From assembly GCA_013289095.1 (NCBI GenBank), contig JABDAO010000005.1:303-64302 (forward strand): a stretch of 64,000 bases of DNA, read 5' to 3'. The notes beneath the pieces are model-generated. The model was not told where the DNA came from, did no database searches, and saw only the letters and a list, made by a program, of their open reading frames with translations. This stretch comes from Bacteroidota bacterium (lineage in GTDB: Bacteria; Bacteroidota; Bacteroidia; Palsa-965). The translations under genes and the position numbers were made by a program. Each line of letters opens with the position of its first letter. The stretch's first letter is position 1. This document shows positions 49,004 through 57,290 of the stretch, piece by piece.

Positions 49004-50008
49004 ATGATCATTCAACTCGATCCAGGAGCAACGAGCGCTCAAAAAGAAAAGATTCAAGAGGTGTTGACTTCCATTGGCTACAAGCCAACAGCGGTGCAGA
49101 CCCAACGTGCTTCGTACCTGGTCTGTATCGGAAAAAACGAATTCGATATACGCCGTCTGGGAACCCTGCCTGGTGTGGCCGATGTTCACCGGGTATCCGA
49201 AAGTTACAAACTTGTATCCCGCAAGTGGAAGGTGGGAGAATCGGGCATAGATCTGGGAGACGGGGTGATGATCGGAGCCGGGTCTTTTTCGCTCATGGCC
49301 GGCCCCTGTAGTATCGAGAGCGAAGAACAGGTGAGGAGTGTGGCCAAACACCTGGCCTCACAAAACATCTTCATCATGCGCGGAGGCGTATTCAAACCCC
49401 GGAGTTCACCCTATGCATTTCGGGGAATGGGCATGGAGGGGTTGAAAATGTTCAGTTCCATCTGCCGCGAATATAAAATCAAGATCATTACCGAAGTCAT
49501 GCAGGTGAGCCAGATTGCACCGATGTATGAATATGTGGATGTGTTCCAGGTTGGGGCACGCAATTCGCAAAACTTCAACCTACTCGATGAACTGGGCAGG
49601 GTTGATAAGCCAGTACTCATAAAAAGGGGCATGAGCGGCACCATAGACGAGTTGTTGCAGAGCGCAGAATATGTTTTTTCGGCCGGTAACGAACGACTGA
49701 TGCTTTGCGAACGGGGAATACGCAGTTACGAAACAGCCTACCGTAACACGTTTGATATAAACGCCATTGCCATCTTAAAAGAAAAAAGCCATCTTCCGGT
49801 TATTGCCGACCCCTCGCATGGCATTGGTTTGCGTGAACATGTACCTGCCATTGCCCTGGCAGCTGCCGCAGCAGGAGCCGATGGGGTAATCTACGAAGTG
49901 CATGAAAAGCCAGAGGAAGCCCTTTCGGATGCGCAACAGACGCTGAACTATGAAGAGTCGGAACAACTGATCCGGAATGTACGGAGGTTGAGGGAAAGTA
50001 TTGGGTAA
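49004..50008 (+). CDS. aroF: 3-deoxy-7-phosphoheptulose (DAHP) synthase, type I-beta with an N-terminal regulatory domain
   Basis: I prefer the ATG at 49004 (MIIQLDPGATSAQKEKI). GPCSIES, KPRSSPYAFRG and IADPSHG blocks are present. The symbol is by function only. Confidence 0.88.
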   Translation: MIIQLDPGATSAQKEKIQEVLTSIGYKPTAVQTQRASYLVCIGKNEFDIRRLGTLPGVADVHRVSESYKLVSRKWKVGESGIDLGDGVMIGAGSFSLMAGPCSIESEEQVRSVAKHLASQNIFIMRGGVFKPRSSPYAFRGMGMEGLKMFSSICREYKIKIITEVMQVSQIAPMYEYVDVFQVGARNSQNFNLLDELGRVDKPVLIKRGMSGTIDELLQSAEYVFSAGNERLMLCERGIRSYETAYRNTFDINAIAILKEKSHLPVIADPSHGIGLREHVPAIALAAAAAGADGVIYEVHEKPEEALSDAQQTLNYEESEQLIRNVRRLRESIG

Positions 50009-50207
50009 GAGCAGGCTCCCCGCGACTCACCCCCCGGCCCCCTCTCTGCAAGCAGAGAGGGGGAGCCTTTGTGCTGAATTATTCAAATGAATTCAAATGA
50101 ATTCATTTGAATAAAACTCCCATCGTTTTGTCTGGATTTTTTTCTCCTCCTCTCTCGCAGAGAGCCCTTTTGTTTGTAATGTGTAAGTTTAAATAAAAAC
50201 GTATGCT

Positions 50208-50669
50208 ATGAAAACGACACAACTTAAGGACTTTACTGGAGAGAATATCTATGTAGGGTTCGATGTTCACAAATCAAGCTGGAAAGTGACTATAGGGCAT
50301 CTCTAATAACCCCTTCCAAACATTCCCTCTTCTTGGGAGAGGGTCAGGGAGAGGTCAAGAAAACGGGGTTATTAGAGATGCCCTATATTAACAGACCATG
50401 CATCTCACAAGAATTATGCACAGGAACCCTCTGTTGAAAAGCTAGTCAACTATTTACAAACTAATTTTGCAGGAGGCACCTATCTTAGCGCTTAGGGGGC
50501 AGGTTTCTGTGGATTCTGGATACACCGGGAATTAAGCAAAAATGGTGTTAATTCGATTATAGTTAGCCCCGCTGATATTCCAACAACACAAAAGGAACAA
50601 GTGAAAAAGGAAGACAAGCGAGACAGCAATAAAATTGCGAAGGCACTTCGCAACGGCGACCTCAAGGGC
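50208..50669 (+). pseudogene. IS110-family (DEDD) transposase, decayed N-terminal remnant
   Basis: MKTTQLKDFTGENIYVGFDVHKSSWKVTI | 97-bp insertion | LTDHASHKNY..GGTYLSA*GAGFCGFWIHREL..IVSPADIPTTQKEQVKKEDKRDSNKIAKALRNGDLKGIY. There is an in-frame stop, and the reading frame ends exactly at the left arm of element copy D. The C-terminal two-thirds of the protein is absent. Confidence 0.75.
50291..50387. mobile_element. 97-bp MITE-like palindromic insertion inside the IS110 transposase remnant
   Basis: Perfect 23-bp terminal inverted repeats, tatagggcatctctaataacccc and ggggttattagagatgccctata, flank 51 bp with an internal ccctct..agaggg hairpin. It splits the conserved KVTI|L region of the transposase. 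Confidence 0.65.
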
Positions 50670-50745
50670 ATTTATCCCGCATTATTCATTCGGAATTGGC
50701 CTTTTGTGCGCGAATGCCTGCTTCTACTGCATAATGCGGGATTAG
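50670..50745. repeat. dispersed palindromic element, copy D (hairpin core only)
   Basis: tTTATCCCGCATTATtcattcggaattggccttttgtgcgcgaatgcctgcttctactgcATAATGCGGGATtag. The arms extend to 12-13 bp, and the inner ggccttttg.gcgcgaatgcctgcttc block is shared with copies A and B. Confidence 0.8.
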
Positions 50746-50929
50746 CCTGTTACACGGCTAATGCAAAATTCCGGTTTATTGGGCCAATGCCTTTTCATGT
50801 AACTGGAGACATTTCCGAACGGTATCGATATAAATGGCACAAATTGTCCTGCCGGAGAAGTTAGTTGTCCTGAAAGAGACCTTTGTTGTTCGGAGGTGCT
50901 GCCTTTAAAAGGCAGCTCATTCCCTGGGG

Positions 50930-51500
50930 TTCCCGACTGTTCCCTTAGTTTCCCGACACGTTCCCCAAGCTTCCCGACATGTTCCCCAAGCTTCCCGACA
51001 CGTTTACTAAGGTTCCCGACACGTTCCCCAAGCTTCCCGACATGTTCCCCAAGCTTCCCGACACGTTTACTAAGCTTCCCGACATGTTCCCCAAGCTTCC
51101 CGACATGTTCCCTTAGGTTCCCGACATGTTTGCTAAGCTTCCCGACATGTTCCCTTAGATTCCCGACATGTTTGCTAAGCTTCCCGACACGTTTACTAAG
51201 CTTCCCGACATGTTTGCTAAGCTTCCCGACACGTTTACTAAGCTTCCCGACATGTTCCCTTAGTTTCCCGACATGTTTGCTAAGCTTCCCGACATGTTTG
51301 CTAAGCTTCCCGACACGTTTACTAAGCTTCCCGACATGTTCCCTTAGATTCCCGACACGTTCCCTTAGGTTCCCGACATGTTCCCTAAGGTTCCCGACAC
51401 GTTCCCTTAGGTTCCCGACATGTTCCCTAAGGTTCCCGACACGTTCCCCAAGGTTCCCGACATGTTCCCCAGGGTTCCCGACACGTTCCCCGAGGTTCCT
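50930..51500. repeat. tandem array 4 (about 27 x 21 bp, unit TTCCCGACAYGTTNNNNWAGN)
   Basis: tcccgac starts at 50951, 50972 ... 51434, 51455, 51476, i.e. in exact 21-bp steps. There are four main unit variants (..cacgttccccaagc, ..catgttcccttagg, ..catgtttgctaagc, ..cacgtttactaagc). The first unit is 20 bp. Confidence 0.92.
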
Positions 51501-52131
51501 TATCGAGAGTCTGTTCAATAAAAGGATTTGGAGATGCTATTGAAAGCATTTTCCCGGAGAAGTTTGTTGTCCTGGCGGAGAAGATAGATGTCCTCCCGGA
51601 GGAGACCATGGTTGTCCTGCGTTTCTGCTGTTCATTTTGGGATTATATGCACTAATTCTTTTCCCCCGCTTTATCACCCCATACTCCCAAACTGATATTG
51701 GCCATATTATGGGGATAGTAATTCCAGATTCTTTAGTCCACCTTAGCAACATCAAAGAAAAAAAGAACGCATGATAGAGGGCTTTAAAAAGAGTCAGTCA
51801 CTCCAATCATACCCGTTTACAGGCATGCCACAGCCTTATTTGTTGAATACGTTTCGATTAATTTAGCTTTCATTTTTTTTAATTCCTACTAGGATTTGAT
51901 ATTTTTTGTGTTTATCTTGTCATCAGAAAAGACAAATACCTGGGCTTAAGTCTAAGCATACCCGTTCTACAGGCATACAATCCGTTCGTCCCCGTTTTCT
52001 TTTTTAAACAGTGTTTTTGTAGCATGGCGTACATTCTCTCTGTGATTGCGCACACCTCACAGACCGGAATGAAGTAGCGTACCCAATCCTTCAACTGTTT
52101 TACACACATTAACACACAAAACCAAAACCAC

Positions 52132-53658
52132 ATGAAAAATTCACTACGCCTAGTTGTGCTTTCGCTCGCGCTCAGCGGAAGTATGTTTGGTCAGTCATTT
52201 GTCAGGGTCACGGCAAGCCAGCTGAACCAACAGGTTACGCTTCATGCCAATGAGGCCCTCGAAGTGAGGCTTCCTTCAAAACCGTCTTCCGGCTATGGCT
52301 GGTACATGCGCAATTCTGCCGATCAGAAACGGATGCAACAGGGCGTTTTGAAACAAGCCGGTCCCTATGAATTTGTAAGCGATATCCCGGCTGCACCCAT
52401 TGGGGCTCCCGGAACGCAAATCATTAAGTTTACTGCACTCGGAAGGGGTACTACCACCCTCGACCTTGTTTATATGCGCCCCTGGGAAGGAATCAATACG
52501 GCCACTGATTTCTTTTCGGCGCAGATTGTTTCTGAAGGCAGCTATACCGGTGCACCTTTTTCGACCATGCCGGCGACTCCTGTTAAACAACAGAACAAAG
52601 CAACCCGCACTACCTTGCCTGCTACCTACAGCTGGCTGACGCTGGGCGATTGCACTCCTTGTAAAGATCAGGGCCAGTGCGGTTGCTGTTGGGCCTTTGC
52701 TTCGGTTGGGTCTATGGAATGTGATGTAAAAATATGGGACAACAACGTACGCAGCTTTTCCGAACAGTGGCTCATCAATTGCGATCTGACTTGCAGCGGC
52801 TGTAACGGAGGCTGGTGCCCCGACAGTATGTTCACCATCTTTGGTGGCGTGTATGAAGCCGATCTGCCTTTCAATGCTGCTTCGGGCACTTCAACCGGAA
52901 CTTGTGCTTCCTCCTATACTTATCATGAAAAACCTGTTGGCTACCAACAAATCGCTGTCAACCCAACCGATGCACAAATCAAACAAGCCATTTACGACTA
53001 CGGCCCAGTCTGGGCTGGTGTAGATGCTGGTAATAATTTCCAGGCTTATACCGGTGGTGTGATGAATGCCACAGATGGAACCTCTATTGACCATGCAATC
53101 GTACTTGTTGGCTGGGACGATACACAAAGCTGCTGGATCCTGCGTAACTCCTGGGGTACGTCGTGGGGGATTGATAATGGGTATATGATGATAGGTTATG
53201 GAGTATCGGGTGTTGGAAACAGCGCCACGTATTTTGAATACAAGAGCGGGATCATCAACCACAATGTTCCTCCGGTTGCTGATTTTGCAGTCAATACACC
53301 AAGCACCTGTGGCGGGGCCGTTCAGTTTACCGATAACTCCATCAACAGCCCTACTTCCTGGGCCTGGAATTTTGGGGATGGAAATTCTTCTGTAGCTCAA
53401 AACCCTTCGCACACCTATACCGCATCCGGCACCTATACCGTAACCCTGGTTGCCACAAACAGCTTTGGAAACAATACCGCTGTAAAAAAACAATTTTGTT
53501 ACCGTTACTATTCTGCCGGCCCCTGTTACTACAGGTGCTACCCGTGTCGGAACAGGTGTTGTAAATCTGGCTGCTTCGGTTGCCTCGGGTGCAGCATCGA
53601 TCGACTGGTACAGCGCCCCTACCGGTGGAACACCGTTGCAGACAGGAACTACGTATGA
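52132..53658 (+). CDS. secreted papain-family (C1) cysteine peptidase with an N-terminal chagasin-like (I42) domain and a PKD domain; the reading frame is broken near 53484-53490
   Basis: Signal peptide MKNSLRLVVLSLALSGSMFGQ. The three I42 motifs occur in order: LPSKPSSGYGW, IGAPGTQ, YMRPW. C1 catalytic residues are QGQCGCCWAF (Cys), DHAIVLVGWD (His) and NSWGTSWG (Asn). The PKD region is FGDGNSSVAQNPSHTYTASGTYTVTL. The last 55 aa (CYRYYSAGPCYYRCYPC..) look out of frame. Confidence 0.85.
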   Translation: MKNSLRLVVLSLALSGSMFGQSFVRVTASQLNQQVTLHANEALEVRLPSKPSSGYGWYMRNSADQKRMQQGVLKQAGPYEFVSDIPAAPIGAPGTQIIKFTALGRGTTTLDLVYMRPWEGINTATDFFSAQIVSEGSYTGAPFSTMPATPVKQQNKATRTTLPATYSWLTLGDCTPCKDQGQCGCCWAFASVGSMECDVKIWDNNVRSFSEQWLINCDLTCSGCNGGWCPDSMFTIFGGVYEADLPFNAASGTSTGTCASSYTYHEKPVGYQQIAVNPTDAQIKQAIYDYGPVWAGVDAGNNFQAYTGGVMNATDGTSIDHAIVLVGWDDTQSCWILRNSWGTSWGIDNGYMMIGYGVSGVGNSATYFEYKSGIINHNVPPVADFAVNTPSTCGGAVQFTDNSINSPTSWAWNFGDGNSSVAQNPSHTYTASGTYTVTLVATNSFGNNTAVKKQFCYRYYSAGPCYYRCYPCRNRCCKSGCFGCLGCSIDRLVQRPYRWNTVADRNYV

Positions 53659-54439
53659 TCCTACCATCAGCGCTACGACTACCTATTATGTAACCAACGA
53701 AACCACTTCAACCATATCGCCGCTTGGTCTTGCAACTACCGGAACCGGAGGGTATTTTACAGCAAATGCTTCACACAGGCTCTACTTCAATGTCGTGAAC
53801 CCTGTTCAGATCAATTCGGTTGATGTGTATGCTGCCACAGCCGGTGTGCGCGAAATTGTTGTGGTAAACAATGCCGGTACGGCTATCGACTCGGCAAGCT
53901 TCACCGCGGTTGTGGGTGTCAATACCGTTCCGCTTGGTTTTGTTCTGCCTGCTGATACCATGTATGCCATGAAGATGGGCGATGCAAGTACTGTTGATGT
54001 ATACCGTAACAGCGCAGGGGCAGCCTATCCGTACACGGTCAGCAACCTGGTAAGTCTTACCGGCTCGGATGCCGGCGTTTCCCCCGACGTTTACTACTAC
54101 TTCTTCTACAACTGGAAGGCTCAGACACCTGTTTGTGCCAGCGTCCGCGTACCGGTAACAGGAACGGTAACTTCACCAACAGGGATCGCTACCCTCTCGG
54201 AAGCTGCCGGTCTGAAATGTTTCCCGAACCCAAGCAATGGTATGTTTACAATAGAAGGCCTCAACAACGAAAATACAGTTGAAGTTTTTGATGTGATCGG
54301 AAAACTTGTTTTCCAAACTACGACTCAGAACCCTACATGTATCATCGATGTACGTGAAAACGGAAAAGGAATGTACCAGGTCAGGGTGACCGATAAAACC
54401 ACCAAGACGGTTTCGGTAGGAAGAGTGGTTGTTGAATAG
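53636..54439 (+). CDS. C-terminal continuation of the C1 peptidase gene (Ig-like domain, YYFFYNW module, T9SS type-A sorting domain)
   Basis: This frame is open back to about 53490 (..VTVTILPAPVTTGATRVGTGVVNLAASVASGAASIDWYSAPTGGTPLQTGTTYDP..). It ends with the Por-secretion-tail-like sequence CFPNPSNGMFTIEGL...GMYQVRVTD..SVGRVVVE. There is no convincing independent start; the ORF-track start is TTG. Confidence 0.7.
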   Translation: MQTGTTYDPTISATTTYYVTNETTSTISPLGLATTGTGGYFTANASHRLYFNVVNPVQINSVDVYAATAGVREIVVVNNAGTAIDSASFTAVVGVNTVPLGFVLPADTMYAMKMGDASTVDVYRNSAGAAYPYTVSNLVSLTGSDAGVSPDVYYYFFYNWKAQTPVCASVRVPVTGTVTSPTGIATLSEAAGLKCFPNPSNGMFTIEGLNNENTVEVFDVIGKLVFQTTTQNPTCIIDVRENGKGMYQVRVTDKTTKTVSVGRVVVE

Positions 54440-54739
54440 ATCGAAACTTCACTCGGATTCTCGATACTTGACTTAAACTACCCTGTAGGCCAGAAGCTCA
54501 CAGGGTAGTTTGGCATCTGATCATCACCACTCCTTCCAGGGCCAGAAGCGTGCAAAAGAAGGAGCTTGTTTAACTGTCATTGGCTTGTCAGTCAGTTAAA
54601 TACATGCGAATGGCAGGTCAGGATACCTTTCGGAACTGAATTGTAGAACGAAATATGGTTTGTAAAGCATGACGATTCATTGCAACTTGTTACTCGAAGC
54701 TCAGCTGAACGCTCAGATCGAAACAAACCCACCACGTAC

Positions 54740-57124
54740 ATGAAAAAAAACTTCCTCTTTATCACCGCTGTTGCACTTTCGTGTTCCTCTCAATTCACGG
54801 CCCAATGCAACTGGATGATACCAAGCACCGACGAAATAAATGCTCCGGCAAGAATTTTCACCAATGTAGCAGTCACAAGCACCGGGATAGGCTTTATCGC
54901 ATATTCAGATGGATCGGTGGCTGATCAGCTCACTGTTTCTTCGGCCATCAGTGGGGGAATTATGAAACAGCTCGGGCCAGCAGGTTTCACCGCACCGGGA
55001 CACTTTGCTGCTGTTGCCAGCGACCCGTTGGGCAATGCCTGGATTGCCATCCAGGATCAGGCCAACAGCTCGAAACTTTCGGTCATGAAATATACCGGTT
55101 CTTCCTGGGCCTGCGTAGGCGCAGCAGGCATTTCTGTCAACCCGGTTGATTTGCTTGATCTGGCCATCGATAAAACAGGAACACCCTATGTAGCTTACCG
55201 GGATTATACAGGCAGCGGAAAGGCTAGTGTGATGACATACAACGGTACCGCATGGGTGCTTGTCGGTACCGCCGGTTTTACCAACGCTATTTCAGCCGGG
55301 CTTGCACTTACGCTCGACCGTACCGGAACCCCTTATCTGGTATACGATGATCTGGGCAATGCCGACAAAGCCTCGGTGATGAAATTCAACGGTACAGCCT
55401 GGGTTGCCGTGGGAGGATTGGGCTTCTCAATCGGCTCTGTGCTTACCCCGCATATCTCTACGGATACACTCGGGGTTCCCTATGTAATTTACAACGATAT
55501 CGCGAATGGAGGCAATGCCACAGTCATGAAATACAATGGTACCGCCTGGGCCGCGGTAGGCCCTGTGGGTTTCTCAGCCGGGATGGTTCAGTATACCGAT
55601 ATCTCGATCGACCAAAAAGGCAATGTGCCCTATGTGGTTTATCAGGATCAGGCAAATCGAAACAAGGCCACCGCAATGATGTATACGGCTACCGGCTGGA
55701 CCAGCGTTGGGCCTCCCGGTTTTTCGGAAGGAAAGGCTTCGTTTTGCCGTCTGGCCACCTGGGATGGCGATTTGTATGTTACCTACGCCGACAGCTCCAC
55801 CGGTCAGAAGCCAACGATGATGCAATACATCTGCTGTAACTGGGCTGAATTGACAAGCAGCGGCCTTTCGGGAGGAAAAGCATTCTATCCATCGCTCAAA
55901 ACCGATCATACCAATATGCCCTATATCGCCTATTCCGATTCGTCAAACGGGGGCAGGGCCAGCGTAAAACGATTGGTCGGAACTACCTGGGATTACCTCT
56001 TGCCCGCCGGTTTTTCGGTTGGGGCAGTTACACACCCATCGCTGGCCATCAACAGTACAAATCAGGCCTATTTGGGCTATGCCGATGCAAGCAATGCACA
56101 AAAAGCAACGGTGATGAGCTTTACCGGTCACGGATGGATAAATGTTGGCCCATCAGTCGGCTTCTCCACCGGGGCAGCCAGCACGCCTTCCCTTGCGTTC
56201 GACTCGAATGATCTTTTATACATTGCCTATGCCGATGCTGGTGATACCAGCAAAGCTACCGTGGTGATGTTTACTGGCGCCAATTGGGTGCCCGTATCGG
56301 CCACGGCAGCTGTTTCGAAAGGATCGGCGGCAAACACCGTTTTAGCTATCGATCACAACAACACCCCCTACCTGGCTTACACCGACAACACGAATGGTGG
56401 AAAGCTGACCGTGGAAGAATATACCGGAACTGCCTGGGTAGATATCGGAAGTCCTGGTTTTTCTGCCGGGCAGGCTGCAGATGTTTCGATGGCAATTGAT
56501 GCCAGTGGAACACCGTATGTGTTCTATTCGGATGTCTTCAATGGGAATATTCCGGTAGTCATGAAATATACCGGCACGGCCTGGACAGCTATCGGAGCTC
56601 CCATCTCGAATGTCCCCATGGATTATACCTCCCTGGTGATCGATGCATCGGGCGCCCCGGTCATTGTATATACCGGTACTGCTCATACCAGCTATTCCCT
56701 CCTGCGTTACAACGGAACGTCGTTCGTACCGCTTGGCGCCGATGCAACCACCCAAACCCCCGTTCAATGCCCTTCGCTCGCGGTAGATGGAGCCGGCATG
56801 CTCTACCTGGGCTATTCAAGCAACGGGGCTTATGTGGAGGAATACAGCTGTCTGGCGACGGCAGTGCCCGAAGAAAAGCTACAACTCGCCGAGGTGTTTG
56901 TCTACCCCAACCCGGCAAATGCTTATATAACGATTCTCCTTTCATCGCTGGAGCCTCATACTATGCTGAGTTTATATAATCAGCTGGGCCAGGTGGTTCA
57001 AAATCTTACGCTTACGGATCCACGCACCTTGGTGAAAAGAGGGGATCTTGCTCCGGGTGTTTATTTTTATCGGATCCTGAATGAGCGTGGGGTAGTGAAT
57101 ACCGGGAAGATTATCTTTGAATAA
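54740..57124 (+). CDS. T9SS-secreted protein built from about 15-16 copies of an approximately 48-aa repeat
   Basis: I prefer the ATG at 54740 (MKKNFLFITAVALSCSSQFTAQ). The repeat consensus is roughly ..G.PYV.Y.D..N..KATVMKYNGT.W..VG..GFS.G......L.ID... The C-terminal type-A sorting domain is VYPNPANAYITILL...GVYFYRIL..GKIIFE. Confidence 0.8.
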   Translation: MKKNFLFITAVALSCSSQFTAQCNWMIPSTDEINAPARIFTNVAVTSTGIGFIAYSDGSVADQLTVSSAISGGIMKQLGPAGFTAPGHFAAVASDPLGNAWIAIQDQANSSKLSVMKYTGSSWACVGAAGISVNPVDLLDLAIDKTGTPYVAYRDYTGSGKASVMTYNGTAWVLVGTAGFTNAISAGLALTLDRTGTPYLVYDDLGNADKASVMKFNGTAWVAVGGLGFSIGSVLTPHISTDTLGVPYVIYNDIANGGNATVMKYNGTAWAAVGPVGFSAGMVQYTDISIDQKGNVPYVVYQDQANRNKATAMMYTATGWTSVGPPGFSEGKASFCRLATWDGDLYVTYADSSTGQKPTMMQYICCNWAELTSSGLSGGKAFYPSLKTDHTNMPYIAYSDSSNGGRASVKRLVGTTWDYLLPAGFSVGAVTHPSLAINSTNQAYLGYADASNAQKATVMSFTGHGWINVGPSVGFSTGAASTPSLAFDSNDLLYIAYADAGDTSKATVVMFTGANWVPVSATAAVSKGSAANTVLAIDHNNTPYLAYTDNTNGGKLTVEEYTGTAWVDIGSPGFSAGQAADVSMAIDASGTPYVFYSDVFNGNIPVVMKYTGTAWTAIGAPISNVPMDYTSLVIDASGAPVIVYTGTAHTSYSLLRYNGTSFVPLGADATTQTPVQCPSLAVDGAGMLYLGYSSNGAYVEEYSCLATAVPEEKLQLAEVFVYPNPANAYITILLSSLEPHTMLSLYNQLGQVVQNLTLTDPRTLVKRGDLAPGVYFYRILNERGVVNTGKIIFE

Positions 57125-57290
57125 GCCATGGATCTCATTGTTTATCGGTTGGGTGGAAGTGCTTTGTATTTACCACGGAGCCACGTAGGACACAGAGCAT
57201 TACGGAGTCAATCAACAAAATCTCCCTGTCGGTGTGGCGAACAGATAGAATATTTTGGATTAGCATCCACAAACGAATTCTATAAACAAG

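Noticed and set aside
50742-51543. Long ORFs across array 4 (258 aa minus strand with GKLSKHV heptads; 215 aa plus strand with SFPTC repeats) as real repeat-protein genes
   Set aside because: Both ORFs exist only because the 21-bp unit lacks stops in those frames. Both begin with non-ATG codons (TTG and GTG). The minus-strand ORF runs on into the hairpin element and the flanking junk. I cannot exclude translation, but it is not supported. The same reasoning applies to ORFs 13769-14089, 13845-14099, 13819-14094 and 33267-33479.
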